64,000 nucleotides of DNA from Pirellulales bacterium (GCA_963733035.1 CAVTBU010000005.1:512001-576000); one strand, 5' to 3'. Shown: positions 52,660 to 62,248, counted from the first letter of the stretch. Notes: generated by a model not told the origin, from the sequence alone. A program made the numbers and translations.

Positions 52660-52986
52660 TTCGCGCTTCAAAAAAACCGTGCGTTCAGAATTCAACAACT
52701 GCCGGGCGGCCGTGGCCGGCTCTCACGGTCGCCTTGATCGCCCGGCCAAACCACCTCGATCGCAGGCGTCCGAGCGGCTCGCGACGGGCGAGTGTCCGGC
52801 CATCGTACGGAGCAAAACCCGCGCCGCCCGCGCTAACACCATCCTCGCTGAAGCCCCGGCCTGCAAGCCCTGGTGGGCGGAAAAGTCGCGGCAATTGGCC
52901 CCGTTGAGTCGACAAACGGCGGATCGTGCGGTATTGGTGGTACATTTGGCGCAGCTCTCCGCGCGGGAGAACCGATCGGCCCGTAG

Positions 52987-53001
52987 TGGCACGCAAGCTG
53001 C
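52987..53001 (+). promoter_or_regulatory. Sigma54 (-24/-12) promoter candidate
   Basis: TGGCACGCAAGCTGC: GG-N10-GC, one mismatch to TGGCACG-N4-TTGC; intergenic, about 60 nt before ATG 53063. Confidence 0.6.
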
Positions 53002-53062
53002 GACCGAATGAGTGAGCACGGCGCATTGCACAGCAACCCAGCATTTCAGACCGGAGCCGTCC

Positions 53063-53431
53063 ATGGCCAAGAAAGCAAAAGCCGCCACGTCCAAACCGAA
53101 AAAATCTGCGACAACTGGCAAGTCCGCTAGCAAGCCCGCGGCAAAGGCGGCCGCTCCCAAGATAGCGCGGAGCAAAACCGCGCCCGCCAAACGCAAGGCT
53201 TCCCATTCGACCACACGAACCCCGGCACCAGCGGTCGTCACCAAGAAAGTCGTCGCGGAAGTTACCGTCCATCAACCCTTGACGGAACGGTTTGGCAGCA
53301 TCGACGAAGCCAAAGACGCCACGCTTGACGCCCTGCTCGAAATCATCGAAGCGGCCGAGGAGCGCCTCCGCGACGTCAAACGTGTCCAAACGTTCGAGGA
53401 ACTCGAACCGCTGGCAAACGGCCGTCTCTAG
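53063..53431 (+). CDS. Histone-H1-like Lys/Ala-rich protein with an acidic helical C-terminus
   Basis: MAKKAKAATSKPKK..KPAAKAAAPK..; GGAG RBS at 53053. Confidence 0.72.
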   Translation: MAKKAKAATSKPKKSATTGKSASKPAAKAAAPKIARSKTAPAKRKASHSTTRTPAPAVVTKKVVAEVTVHQPLTERFGSIDEAKDATLDALLEIIEAAEERLRDVKRVQTFEELEPLANGRL

Positions 53432-53448
53432 GCGCCAATCTGGGCACT

Positions 53449-54273
53449 TCAAAAACGAGCTGCTTCGCGGTCATGACGCCAGCGATAGAGCGTGATCCCC
53501 CAAGAAACCGCGATGTAGTACAGCGGGTAGAGTAGCGACACGAGAGCCAATTGAAACGTCTGCGCCGCGGAGTGGGCATCGGCCGGGGGATCCGTCGTCG
53601 GCATGGCCCACAGTACCCACAGCAGCACGACGACCCACACACCTCCCAGGAAGTTGGTCAGGCGGCTGAGCACGGCACCCCGGCTGGGGTAGAGATAGTA
53701 GCTCGGTACGAACGTCAGTCCGGCCAAAAGCAGAATCAGCACCGCTGCCAGCCAGCTCGGCATCCCCAATACATACAAGTAGAACGCCACGATATTCCAG
53801 TAGGATGGAAAACCCACGAAGTAGCCGTCGGGCGTCTTGGCCGGCACCTGGCAAAATCCGTACGCGCTGGCCACGAGCGCCACGACCAGCACCCATTCCA
53901 TGTTGTGTGGCAGCAACTCCGCCCGCCACACCAGCAACAGCGGTAGCGAAGTGAAGGTTAGAAAGTCGATGATGTCGTCGAGCTTGGCGCCGTCAAAATT
54001 GGGGAGCAATTCCTTTACGCGCAGCCGCCGCGCGAGCGAGCCGTCGGTCGAATCAACCAGACAGGCGACGAGCATCAAGGCAAACGCCCAGCGAAACGCC
54101 TCGGGCGTTCCCTCGACGATGCAAACCGCCATTCCCGCGGCCAGCAAGAGCCCGGCTGCGGTGAACGCGTGGGCAAACCAAGCGATCCAGGCCGGCCAAG
54201 GGGGCTGCTGGGCGTGAGACTCGGCGGCCCCACGCTCAACGCCCTGTTCGAGTTCGATTTCGCGACGAATCAT
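53449..54273 (-). CDS. pcs: Phosphatidylcholine synthase (CDP-alcohol phosphatidyltransferase, Pcs type)
   Basis: Pcs-type motif DG-x2-AR-x8-P-x3-G-x3-D-x3-D (DGSLARRLRVKELLPNFDGAKLDDIID), HAFTA, KT..YFVGFPSYWN. Confidence 0.88.
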   Translation of the reverse strand: MIRREIELEQGVERGAAESHAQQPPWPAWIAWFAHAFTAAGLLLAAGMAVCIVEGTPEAFRWAFALMLVACLVDSTDGSLARRLRVKELLPNFDGAKLDDIIDFLTFTSLPLLLVWRAELLPHNMEWVLVVALVASAYGFCQVPAKTPDGYFVGFPSYWNIVAFYLYVLGMPSWLAAVLILLLAGLTFVPSYYLYPSRGAVLSRLTNFLGGVWVVVLLWVLWAMPTTDPPADAHSAAQTFQLALVSLLYPLYYIAVSWGITLYRWRHDREAARF

Positions 54274-54291
54274 AAGTCCATTGCGTTTTGA

Positions 54292-55866
54292 TTAGACGTC
54301 TTCAGCCGGTTCGGGAAGCGGTCGCGGCGGATCCCAGCGAGCGGTCAGCCTCGAGACAACCGGCAATAGAATCATACCTGACGCAGCCGACAGCGTGCGC
54401 ATGGGAAACAACGTGGCCTCTCCACCAGAGTCGGCCCAGGCCGCTCGGCCACCGGGAAGCACGCCTGCGAACCACTCGGTGTAGGGAATGAACTGCGGCA
54501 CGGCCAGAATTGGTTCGCCACCGCCCAGTCGTAGCACAAGTGCCACGACAAACGCCACGATCGAACCCGTGCGGTTGGCGCGCGGATCGTAAAGCGCGTA
54601 CACCAATTGGGGAAACAACAGCACGAACACCAGATCGCTGGTGAAGAACCACAACTTTTGCACGCTCTGCACGTGCAATGCAAGCACGGCCGCCAGAGCC
54701 CCCAGTACTAGAATTGATAGCCGAATCACTCGCCGCATATTGAGTGCGGAGATTTTCGGCGTTACCAGTGCACGAAAGAAATTCCAACTGAGCATCGAGC
54801 CGGCCGAGAGTACCGAGGCGCGTAAAGCTGGACGTTACCGCTCCTACGATCGCGGTGAGGCCCAAAATGGCGATGAACGGCGGCAGTGCATACTGAAACA
54901 ACAACGGCAGCGCCATCGACGGAGAGGCTGCCAACTGCTCGCGTGCCGCGGCCGTCCAATCGGGATAGGCAAACGCCGCCAGCCCCAGCAGCAATGGTGG
55001 AATCGTCAGCAACATCGTCAACAGGCCCGCGACGATCGAATGCCATTGAGCCTTGACCGGAGTTTGACAGGCCTGAATGCGTTGGAAGTAGCAGTTCCAC
55101 GGAATGCCACCCAGCACAAGCATGATCGACAAGTCCCACCACCCGACGATCCGCGGGGCGGTCCAATAGCCGTCGGCTTCGGTTGGCGGCAACCACCGGG
55201 CCGCCGATCCCTTGGCGGCAACGTACTCGCTCCAGCAGGACTCAAGCCCACCGGACGCGCCAGCGCCAGGGGCAACGCCAACATGAGCCCAATCGGAATC
55301 AGCATGAACTGCACGGAATCGGTATAGCCCACGCTCCACATGCCGCCCAACAGCGTGTAGCCAGTCACCACCGCGGCGGAGACAATGATCGCCGTGGTCA
55401 GATTGATTCCCAGCATCACGCCAAACGTAGCGCCAATGGCCACCAGCAGTTCAGCGCTCCAAAACACTTCGCCGAACATGGCCGGCAGCGACAACACGGC
55501 CGACCAATGTTTACCAAAGCGCGCCGCGAACGGATCGACAAGCGTAACGAACTGTAACTGCCGCATCCGCCGCGCGAAGAAAAAGCCGCCTAGGATCAGA
55601 CTCAACCCGAAACAAACGCCCCCCTGCCAGCCCGAGGCGATGCTTGTCATTACCCCTTCGGCCGTGCCGAGCAGATAACCACCGTCGATCCAGGTGGCGG
55701 CCATCGTGACCGTGGCCATCCAGAATGGCATGGCACGGCCCGCAACCAGCAGTTCGGAAGCCGTGCCCAACTTGAGTCGCTTCGAAGCACGCCAACCGAC
55801 GACGAAGAAAACCAGATACAGCGTGGCCACGGCCGCTATGCCCGCCCAATTGGCCTCGTGCATCAT
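54292..55866 (-). CDS. Sodium:solute symporter, high-affinity choline transporter (CHT1/SLC5A7)-like; frameshifts near 55258 and 54820
   Basis: TMAATWIDGGYLLGTAEGV, LSLILGGFFFARRMR, VTLVDPF, GEVFWSA, YTLLGGMWSVGYTD, LGGIPWNCYFQRI, SDLVFVLLFPQL, LRLGGGEP, FPMRTLS. Confidence 0.85.
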
Positions 55867-56930
55867 GTCACTCCGCCGCTAATCGGCCGCAGCCGCCGCC
55901 GGCCCAGCGACCGACGCTTCGATGATCTCGGCGCCGCCGGCGCTGTCGGGGCAGGCCTCGCGAGCAACGTTCCGCGAACCCGAGCCATTAAGCCTGGCGA
56001 GCCAAGATACAGCGCGAGCAGGTGACGCTTGCCGACCTGGCAACAGGCATCAAGTTGACAAACTTTGTAGGCCTCCACGCCCCAGGCGCCGGACCATAGG
56101 CCAGTGTACCCCAATGCCTCGGCGCACGACCGCCGTCCATCAATAATGTGATACCGCTTCAGCAGTCGGTCACAACTGTTGTTGACGAGCAGCAGGCCTG
56201 ACGTCTGCGACATGGCCTGACCGTGAAAGCGTTCCGGCAGCAGCCAGTCGTTGTTAATCGCAGCCGCGAACAATACGACTTGCGCTGCTTCGCGCCGAGC
56301 ATGCACCCGCTCATCGAGCACATGACCACACAATGTTCCACCACCCAACAAATGGAGTGCTCCGGTCGCGGCCCGCGCACCAAAACTGTGCGCCCACAGA
56401 CTGAGGGGTACTTGCGGATCCAAATGGTCGAGAAACCAGGCCATGTAGTAGCCCGTGACGTTCGTGCGATTGGCCTTCACGCGGGCATCATTGACGAGTC
56501 CTCGCACCGAATCGCTGGGCCACGACCAGATGATAAACCGCAACGGCTCGTCGCCCGCGCAGCGAATGAGCGCACGATAGGCCGACCACCCTTTCGTAAA
56601 TGCATCGTCCGCCGGAATGCGATTGCCGTGCACGAAAACGGTCGTCGACATGTGCGGGTCTTCCGCCGCAAGTAGTTCCTGTAAACTCGAACGTGTCCAC
56701 TGACGCTGGCAATCGTAGCGCCAGTATTGCAGTCGCTCGGCGTCGCAGGCGACGTTGCATCCCAAAGTGCGATCGCTCACCAGCCAAAGCTGGTCCTGCA
56801 TGCGGACGGAGCAGCAACACGCGGTGGAACTGGCCCAGGCCACTTGCGCGCCAATGCAGACTACCATCCAGGCGAAAACGGCTTTCAAAACCAAACGAGT
56901 TGCAACTTGCCGTTGCGGTGCGACATCCAT
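55863..56930 (-). CDS. Secreted alpha/beta-hydrolase (DUF900-like)
   Basis: Signal peptide, VFVHGN, IWSWPS, nucleophile elbow AHSFG, LGYTG and a late His. The true stop may be at 55879 if a frameshift lies near 55932. Confidence 0.78.
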   Translation of the reverse strand: MDVAPQRQVATRLVLKAVFAWMVVCIGAQVAWASSTACCCSVRMQDQLWLVSDRTLGCNVACDAERLQYWRYDCQRQWTRSSLQELLAAEDPHMSTTVFVHGNRIPADDAFTKGWSAYRALIRCAGDEPLRFIIWSWPSDSVRGLVNDARVKANRTNVTGYYMAWFLDHLDPQVPLSLWAHSFGARAATGALHLLGGGTLCGHVLDERVHARREAAQVVLFAAAINNDWLLPERFHGQAMSQTSGLLLVNNSCDRLLKRYHIIDGRRSCAEALGYTGLWSGAWGVEAYKVCQLDACCQVGKRHLLALYLGSPGLMARVRGTLLARPAPTAPAAPRSSKRRSLGRRRLRPISGGVT

Positions 56931-57174
56931 GGTGGCGTTCGGTACCGGGCGTGAAGATTGTGTCGATCAGCACGTTTGCGCGGTCTACCCAAGCCGCTGG
57001 CTAGGGCGCCCGTCACGTAGAATGTAGCATTTTTTCAACGTGGGTGACGTCAAATCTTGACCCGTTGAGAAAAGTCAACACGGCGCGCTTGCCCTTCGAT
57101 CCGCGCGGGGTAGAGTTGCATGGCCCCGCGATTTGTCGCGGTGGAATTTACCTTTCGTGTTGGAGCTATGAATC

Positions 57175-57432
57175 ATGAAGAGGCTTCTGATTCTCTCGGC
57201 CGTAGTGCTGGCGGCCGGCGCGAGTGGTTGTAAGAATTGCTCGCCCTGCGGTGGCACGACGGCCTATCGACCGTTTTCGCCCACGCCGGCGTGCTGCACT
57301 CCGACCACGCAGTCGTACGGAACGCCGGTGTACTCCACCCCTGGAGCAATCGCGGCGCCGACCTTGTCCGATCCGCAGGCAGTGCCGATGCAGACATACC
57401 CCGGCCCCGAGGCGTACACGCCGGCCAATTAG
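57175..57432 (+). CDS. Small Cys/Pro/Thr-rich lipoprotein
   Basis: MKRLLILSAVVLAAGASG|C lipobox; GGAG RBS; candidate promoter TTGCCC-16-TAGAGT at 57089-57116. Confidence 0.75.
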   Translation: MKRLLILSAVVLAAGASGCKNCSPCGGTTAYRPFSPTPACCTPTTQSYGTPVYSTPGAIAAPTLSDPQAVPMQTYPGPEAYTPAN

Positions 57433-57494
57433 CGTGCATTTTCGCTCGACGTCATCACCTCGGGCGAGCATTAACCTGAAACTCTTGAGACTAG

Positions 57495-57565
57495 GTCCAT
57501 CGCGAGTGAAGCCGCCCGGCGTACCAGCCGCCTGCGGCGGTCACTCGCGATGGACATTTTTGTTT
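57495..57565 (+). terminator. Long hairpin with U-tract, probable intrinsic terminator
   Basis: 15-bp perfect stem GTCCATCGCGAGTGA / TCACTCGCGATGGAC enclosing two further short stems, followed by ATTTTTGTTT. Confidence 0.75.
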
Positions 57566-57771
57566 CCCCAGTGGCGTGCCCGGCTGTCGGCGCCCGAAAC
57601 ACGGTGAAACAATCGTTTTTTTCCCAATCTTCCGCAAACGGCCAGACACGATGCGCCATTTTGCTCGGCAGTGACTAGAATCGAAGAATACTGGCTCCTT
57701 CGCCCCGTCGTCGGGCCAGGCGCGTGTCTGACAACTTGCACGGACGCCCCTTCTACATCTGGGTTGACGCC

Positions 57772-58731
57772 GTGCGTACGCTCCTGATTTTTTTGCTGTT
57801 GATATCGTCCGCGCAACATGTTTGCGCACAATTCAAAGACGAGAACACCGACGACGGCAAAGGCCCCCTGTTGGGAGCCGAAGCCACCAGCCGCCTCAAA
57901 GTTGGCATCACCGTCAAAGCCACCGGCGGTACCATCTTTCGCGGCAACGCGGCCATCCCCATTCCGATGGATTGGCCCGAGCAACAAGTCAAGGTCATCG
58001 ACGAAGACGTCTCGGCCACCGTCAGAAACATGACGTACCGCGACGTCTCCGGCGGCGGTGGACTACGGCAGATGATCGTGCAGATTCCTCAGCTGCCAGG
58101 CGGCCAGGAAGCTCACGCGCTGGTGACGTTCGAAATCACACGCCGCGCGCAAGCGCCCCCAGCCGACACGTCCATCTATAAAATCCCCAAGCGGGTCGAC
58201 CGTTCGATCATGTTGAACCTCGGCCCCAGCCCCTTCATCGAAAGCCGGCATCCCAAGATCATCGCGGCCGCACGAGAAGCTGTCTCCGACGACCAAGACG
58301 CCTGGCATCAGGTCGAGGCGATGTACGAATGGGCTCGTAGCCACATTCAATACAAGGAAGGCAGCGTGAAGGGCGCCGCCCGCGCTCTGGCCGACGGCGA
58401 AGGTTACACGGATGACATTTGCTCGCTTTTCATCGCCATGTGCCGCGTGCAGAAAATTCCGGCCCGCACCGTGTTCGTCAAGAACCATTGCTACGCGGAG
58501 TTCTACTTGGAAGACGACGAGGGCCAGGGCCACTGGTTCCCCTGCCAGCCGGCCGGCCCCCGTGAATTCGGCGGGCTAGACGACGTGCGGCCGATCTTGC
58601 AAAAGGGGGACAATTTCAAGAACCCCGACAACTCACGCGAGCGGTTGCGGTACCTTCGCGAGGATTTCCACGCCGCGGGCCGGGGTGGCAGCCCCGAGGT
58701 GAAGTTCGTTTCGGAACCGGTGGCCAACTGA
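57772..58731 (+). CDS. Secreted transglutaminase-like domain protein
   Basis: GAARALADGEG..LFIAMCRVQKIPAR..HCYAEFY..GHWFPC; GTG start with a signal peptide. Confidence 0.85.
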   Translation: MRTLLIFLLLISSAQHVCAQFKDENTDDGKGPLLGAEATSRLKVGITVKATGGTIFRGNAAIPIPMDWPEQQVKVIDEDVSATVRNMTYRDVSGGGGLRQMIVQIPQLPGGQEAHALVTFEITRRAQAPPADTSIYKIPKRVDRSIMLNLGPSPFIESRHPKIIAAAREAVSDDQDAWHQVEAMYEWARSHIQYKEGSVKGAARALADGEGYTDDICSLFIAMCRVQKIPARTVFVKNHCYAEFYLEDDEGQGHWFPCQPAGPREFGGLDDVRPILQKGDNFKNPDNSRERLRYLREDFHAAGRGGSPEVKFVSEPVAN

Positions 58732-58762
58732 CTCCCCGTAGCTCAGGAAGCCCTGCGCTCCC

Positions 58763-61700
58763 TTAGTGCATCTCGCCGGCCCCCTCGGGCGGTTCGCGGT
58801 GTCCGTAGAAACTATAGAACACGGGCATCAGGGTCATTAGCAGCATCGTCGTGATCATTCCACCCACGACCACGATGGCCAACGGCTGTTGGGTCTGCGA
58901 GCCGATTTTCGTCGAGAAAGCAGCCGGCAACATGCCAAAAATGGCCGTCAGGCAGGTCATCGTCAGGGGGCGGATGCGCTTGTCCAACCCGTCGCGGAGG
59001 GCATCGGCAAGCGGCATGCCACGCGCACGGCGTGAATTGAAGCCCGAAACGAGGATCAGCCCGTTCATCATGCCGACTCCCAGAATCGAGATAAAGCCCA
59101 CGCCAGCCGAGATGTTGAAATTCGACCCGGTGAGAATCAGCGCCCAAATTCCGCCAATGGAGAGCACGACCACATTGGCAAACACCACGATCACGTCGAG
59201 CGCCGAACCAAGCGCCACGTAGAGCAACACGACGATCAACGCCAATGAAATTGCCACGACGATTACAAGTCGGTGCACGGCCTCTTCCATTTCCTGAAAC
59301 TCTCCGCTCCACTCCACCGTGTAGGGAGCTTGGAAACAGTCGGCCGTCGCCCGTTGCGCCTCGGCGACGGCGCTGGCCAGGTCGCGGCCACGGACACTGA
59401 ACTTGATCGCAATCAGACGCTTTCCCTGTTCACGGGCAATCGTCGAAGCTCCCGACCGCACGAAATTCGGATGACCTGCCGTGCCACTTGAATCGTCCAC
59501 GGGAGCAACCAAATCTCCCAACCGCCGCCGCGGAACCGCCGACAATTCACTGTGCCCCGTGCTGCCAAGACTTCCGGTCAGCGATGGCATGGGAAGTGTC
59601 GAGCCACGTAGTGTCAAATCGCGGCTGGCCAGGGCGCTGTCCGCCGCCTCTTCGACCACGCGATTCTGAATCACGTCGACCGGGATATTAAGAATCTGAT
59701 CCTGGTTTCGCCGCAGCCGTTCAGGCCAGCGAATCGTAATATCGAACTTCCGTTCGCCTTCGACCATTTCGCTGAAGGCTTTTCCGGCAACCGCCGTTTG
59801 CAGGGCGTCCTGTACCTGCGACACACTGACGTTCCATTGGGCACACTTTTCGCGATCGATGGCAAACTCCAAATTCGATTGCCCCTTGATCGGAAAGATG
59901 CCGACGCTTTCGATCCCCCGGACACCGGTCAATCGCGACTGAACCTGCTTGGCGATCCGTTCCAATTCATCCAGGTCTGGGCCGAAAATCTTGATCGAGT
60001 TCTCGCCCTTGACACCCGATAGGGTCTCCATCACGTTGTCGCGAATCTGTTGCGAAAAATTCCAGTCGACGCCGGGGATGGCGTCGTCCAGGACTCGCTG
60101 CATCGCTTCAACAAGCTCTCCCTTCGTGCGAGCGCGATCGCCAAACCAATGCTTCCATCCAGTGCGCTGTAGAAGCTTCGGCCACTGGTCCTCGTGCTGG
60201 AGCGGCACCAGGAACTCAGCGTTGTAAAACCCGGTTGGGTCCGTGCCGTCGTCCGGCCGGCCCGACTGCGACAATACCGACCGCACCTCGGGAAATTCTC
60301 GGAGCAGTTTGCGGGCCGTTTGGGCCTGGCGCGTTACTTCCTCGAGGGAAACCTTCACCGGGAATGTACCGCGGATGTAGACGTTTCCTTCTTCCAGCGC
60401 CGGCATGAACTCGCGTCCCAAAAACGGCAGCGCCATGCCCGTGACGACCACCAGCGCGGCGAATCCCGCCAAGACCGCCCAGCGAAGCCGAAGACCGAGT
60501 TCCAACTGCCCCATATAGACCCGCTTCAGCCCGCGCACCAGGAAGTTGTCGTGGGCATTTTTGATCTTGAGCATCGTCATCCGGCACAGCACCGGCGAGA
60601 GCGTCAAGGCAAACAATAGCGCACCTCCCAGGGCAAACGCATAAGCGTCGGCCATGGGCCCAAAGATTTGGCCCTCGGGCCCCGACATCGTAAACAGCGG
60701 CAGAAGCGCGCAGATAATGATCACCCGCGAGAAAAACAAGCTTCGCTCGACTTCGCCGCTCGATTTGAGGATGCGGCGATCGACCGGCAAATCGGCATCT
60801 TCTCCCGTGCTCAAGCGGCGATAGATCGACTCCACCATGATGACCGACGAATCCACGATGATGCCGAAATCGACCGCACCCAGCGAAAGCAAATTCGTCG
60901 ATTTGCCGAGCAGATAGAGGATCGAGAAGGCAAACAACAGTGCCAGCGGGATGTTCAATGCCACGATCAGCGCGCTGCGCACGTCGTTCAGAAAGACCAG
61001 CAGGATGATCACCACCAAGCCAATCCCCACCAGAACGTTCTCGCGAACGGTGTGCGTCGTGCGCTGGATCAGTTCGCTGCGATCATAAATCGTATCGAGG
61101 GTCGCGCCCGGCAGTAGCTCGCCCGGGGCGCGCAACTGCTGAACCTTGGCCTCAACGTCCGCCAGCGCCGGCAGCGACTTTTCTCCCTTTCGCAACAGCA
61201 CGATGCCTTCGACGACGTCTTCATCGTCTTCCCATTGACGCTTCCCTTGTCCATCAACGAGCTGCTCGCCGTCGGGTCCGACTTTCGGCAAACTGACCGC
61301 CACGCGTCCGCTACGGGTATGCGTGCCGACCGCGACGCCCCGGTGTGCGTCGGAGCCGTGGCGGCCGCCGTCGACGACGTCGGAGATCTTGACGGGAACG
61401 TTGTTGGTTGCCGCCAGCACCACCTGTCGAATCTCGCGGATCCGCCGATCCTCCTCCTTACGCAGCCAGCCGCGCGCTGCGCGCGACGTCGTTTGAGGCG
61501 TGAGCAGCGCGATTGGATCCTCGCCGCCGCCGATCAAGCCCAGCCCGCGAACTGCCTGCACAGTGTCTCCCTGTCGCAAGTAGTCGCCGCCGACGTTGGC
61601 GTTGCTGTTGGTGATGGCGGTTTCGAGTTGTTCGAGCGTAATGCCAAATTGCTTGAGACGCTCGGGGTCGGGCTGGACTTCGTAGCGTTTCACCGCGCCT

Positions 61701-62248
61701 CCGAAGCTGACCACGTCCGCAATGCGCGGCACGCGGCGAAACTCCTTTTCGAGCTTCCAGTCGTTTAGCGCCTTCATGTCGTAGAGCGAGTAGACGTCCT
61801 TGCCGTCGGCATCGCGCGGGCTGCGTAAGACATACCGGTAGATTTCGCCGGTTGGAGAAGTCGGCGCGATGACCGGCTTGACCCCCGGCGGCAAATCGAC
61901 CGAATTCAAGCGGTTGAGCACTTCGAGTCGCGCTCGAAAATAATCCGCGCCGTACTCAAACTGGTTCCGCAAGTGCGCGAGGCCAAACAGCGACTTGCTG
62001 CGGGTGTAGTCCAGTCCGGGCATTCCGGCCAAGGCAATTTCCAGCGGAATCGTCACTTGGCGTTCCACTTCCTCTGCCGACGCGCCAGGATATTGCGCGA
62101 TCACTTCCACAATTGCGGGAGCTGGGTCCGGGTAAGCTTCGACGTTGATATGCAAGAAGCTATAAACGCCAAAGCACGACAACGACATCACAGCCAGGAT
62201 CACCACCAGGCGATTATGCAAGGCCCAAGCTATTAGCTTTTGAACCAT
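58763..62248 (-). CDS. CusA/CzcA-family heavy-metal efflux RND permease
   Basis: EAYPD, SAEEVERQVTIPLE, GAVDFGIIVDSS, GRPDDGTD, QQPLAIVVVGG. Confidence 0.94.
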   Translation of the reverse strand: MVQKLIAWALHNRLVVILAVMSLSCFGVYSFLHINVEAYPDPAPAIVEVIAQYPGASAEEVERQVTIPLEIALAGMPGLDYTRSKSLFGLAHLRNQFEYGADYFRARLEVLNRLNSVDLPPGVKPVIAPTSPTGEIYRYVLRSPRDADGKDVYSLYDMKALNDWKLEKEFRRVPRIADVVSFGGAVKRYEVQPDPERLKQFGITLEQLETAITNSNANVGGDYLRQGDTVQAVRGLGLIGGGEDPIALLTPQTTSRAARGWLRKEEDRRIREIRQVVLAATNNVPVKISDVVDGGRHGSDAHRGVAVGTHTRSGRVAVSLPKVGPDGEQLVDGQGKRQWEDDEDVVEGIVLLRKGEKSLPALADVEAKVQQLRAPGELLPGATLDTIYDRSELIQRTTHTVRENVLVGIGLVVIILLVFLNDVRSALIVALNIPLALLFAFSILYLLGKSTNLLSLGAVDFGIIVDSSVIMVESIYRRLSTGEDADLPVDRRILKSSGEVERSLFFSRVIIICALLPLFTMSGPEGQIFGPMADAYAFALGGALLFALTLSPVLCRMTMLKIKNAHDNFLVRGLKRVYMGQLELGLRLRWAVLAGFAALVVVTGMALPFLGREFMPALEEGNVYIRGTFPVKVSLEEVTRQAQTARKLLREFPEVRSVLSQSGRPDDGTDPTGFYNAEFLVPLQHEDQWPKLLQRTGWKHWFGDRARTKGELVEAMQRVLDDAIPGVDWNFSQQIRDNVMETLSGVKGENSIKIFGPDLDELERIAKQVQSRLTGVRGIESVGIFPIKGQSNLEFAIDREKCAQWNVSVSQVQDALQTAVAGKAFSEMVEGERKFDITIRWPERLRRNQDQILNIPVDVIQNRVVEEAADSALASRDLTLRGSTLPMPSLTGSLGSTGHSELSAVPRRRLGDLVAPVDDSSGTAGHPNFVRSGASTIAREQGKRLIAIKFSVRGRDLASAVAEAQRATADCFQAPYTVEWSGEFQEMEEAVHRLVIVVAISLALIVVLLYVALGSALDVIVVFANVVVLSIGGIWALILTGSNFNISAGVGFISILGVGMMNGLILVSGFNSRRARGMPLADALRDGLDKRIRPLTMTCLTAIFGMLPAAFSTKIGSQTQQPLAIVVVGGMITTMLLMTLMPVFYSFYGHREPPEGAGEMH

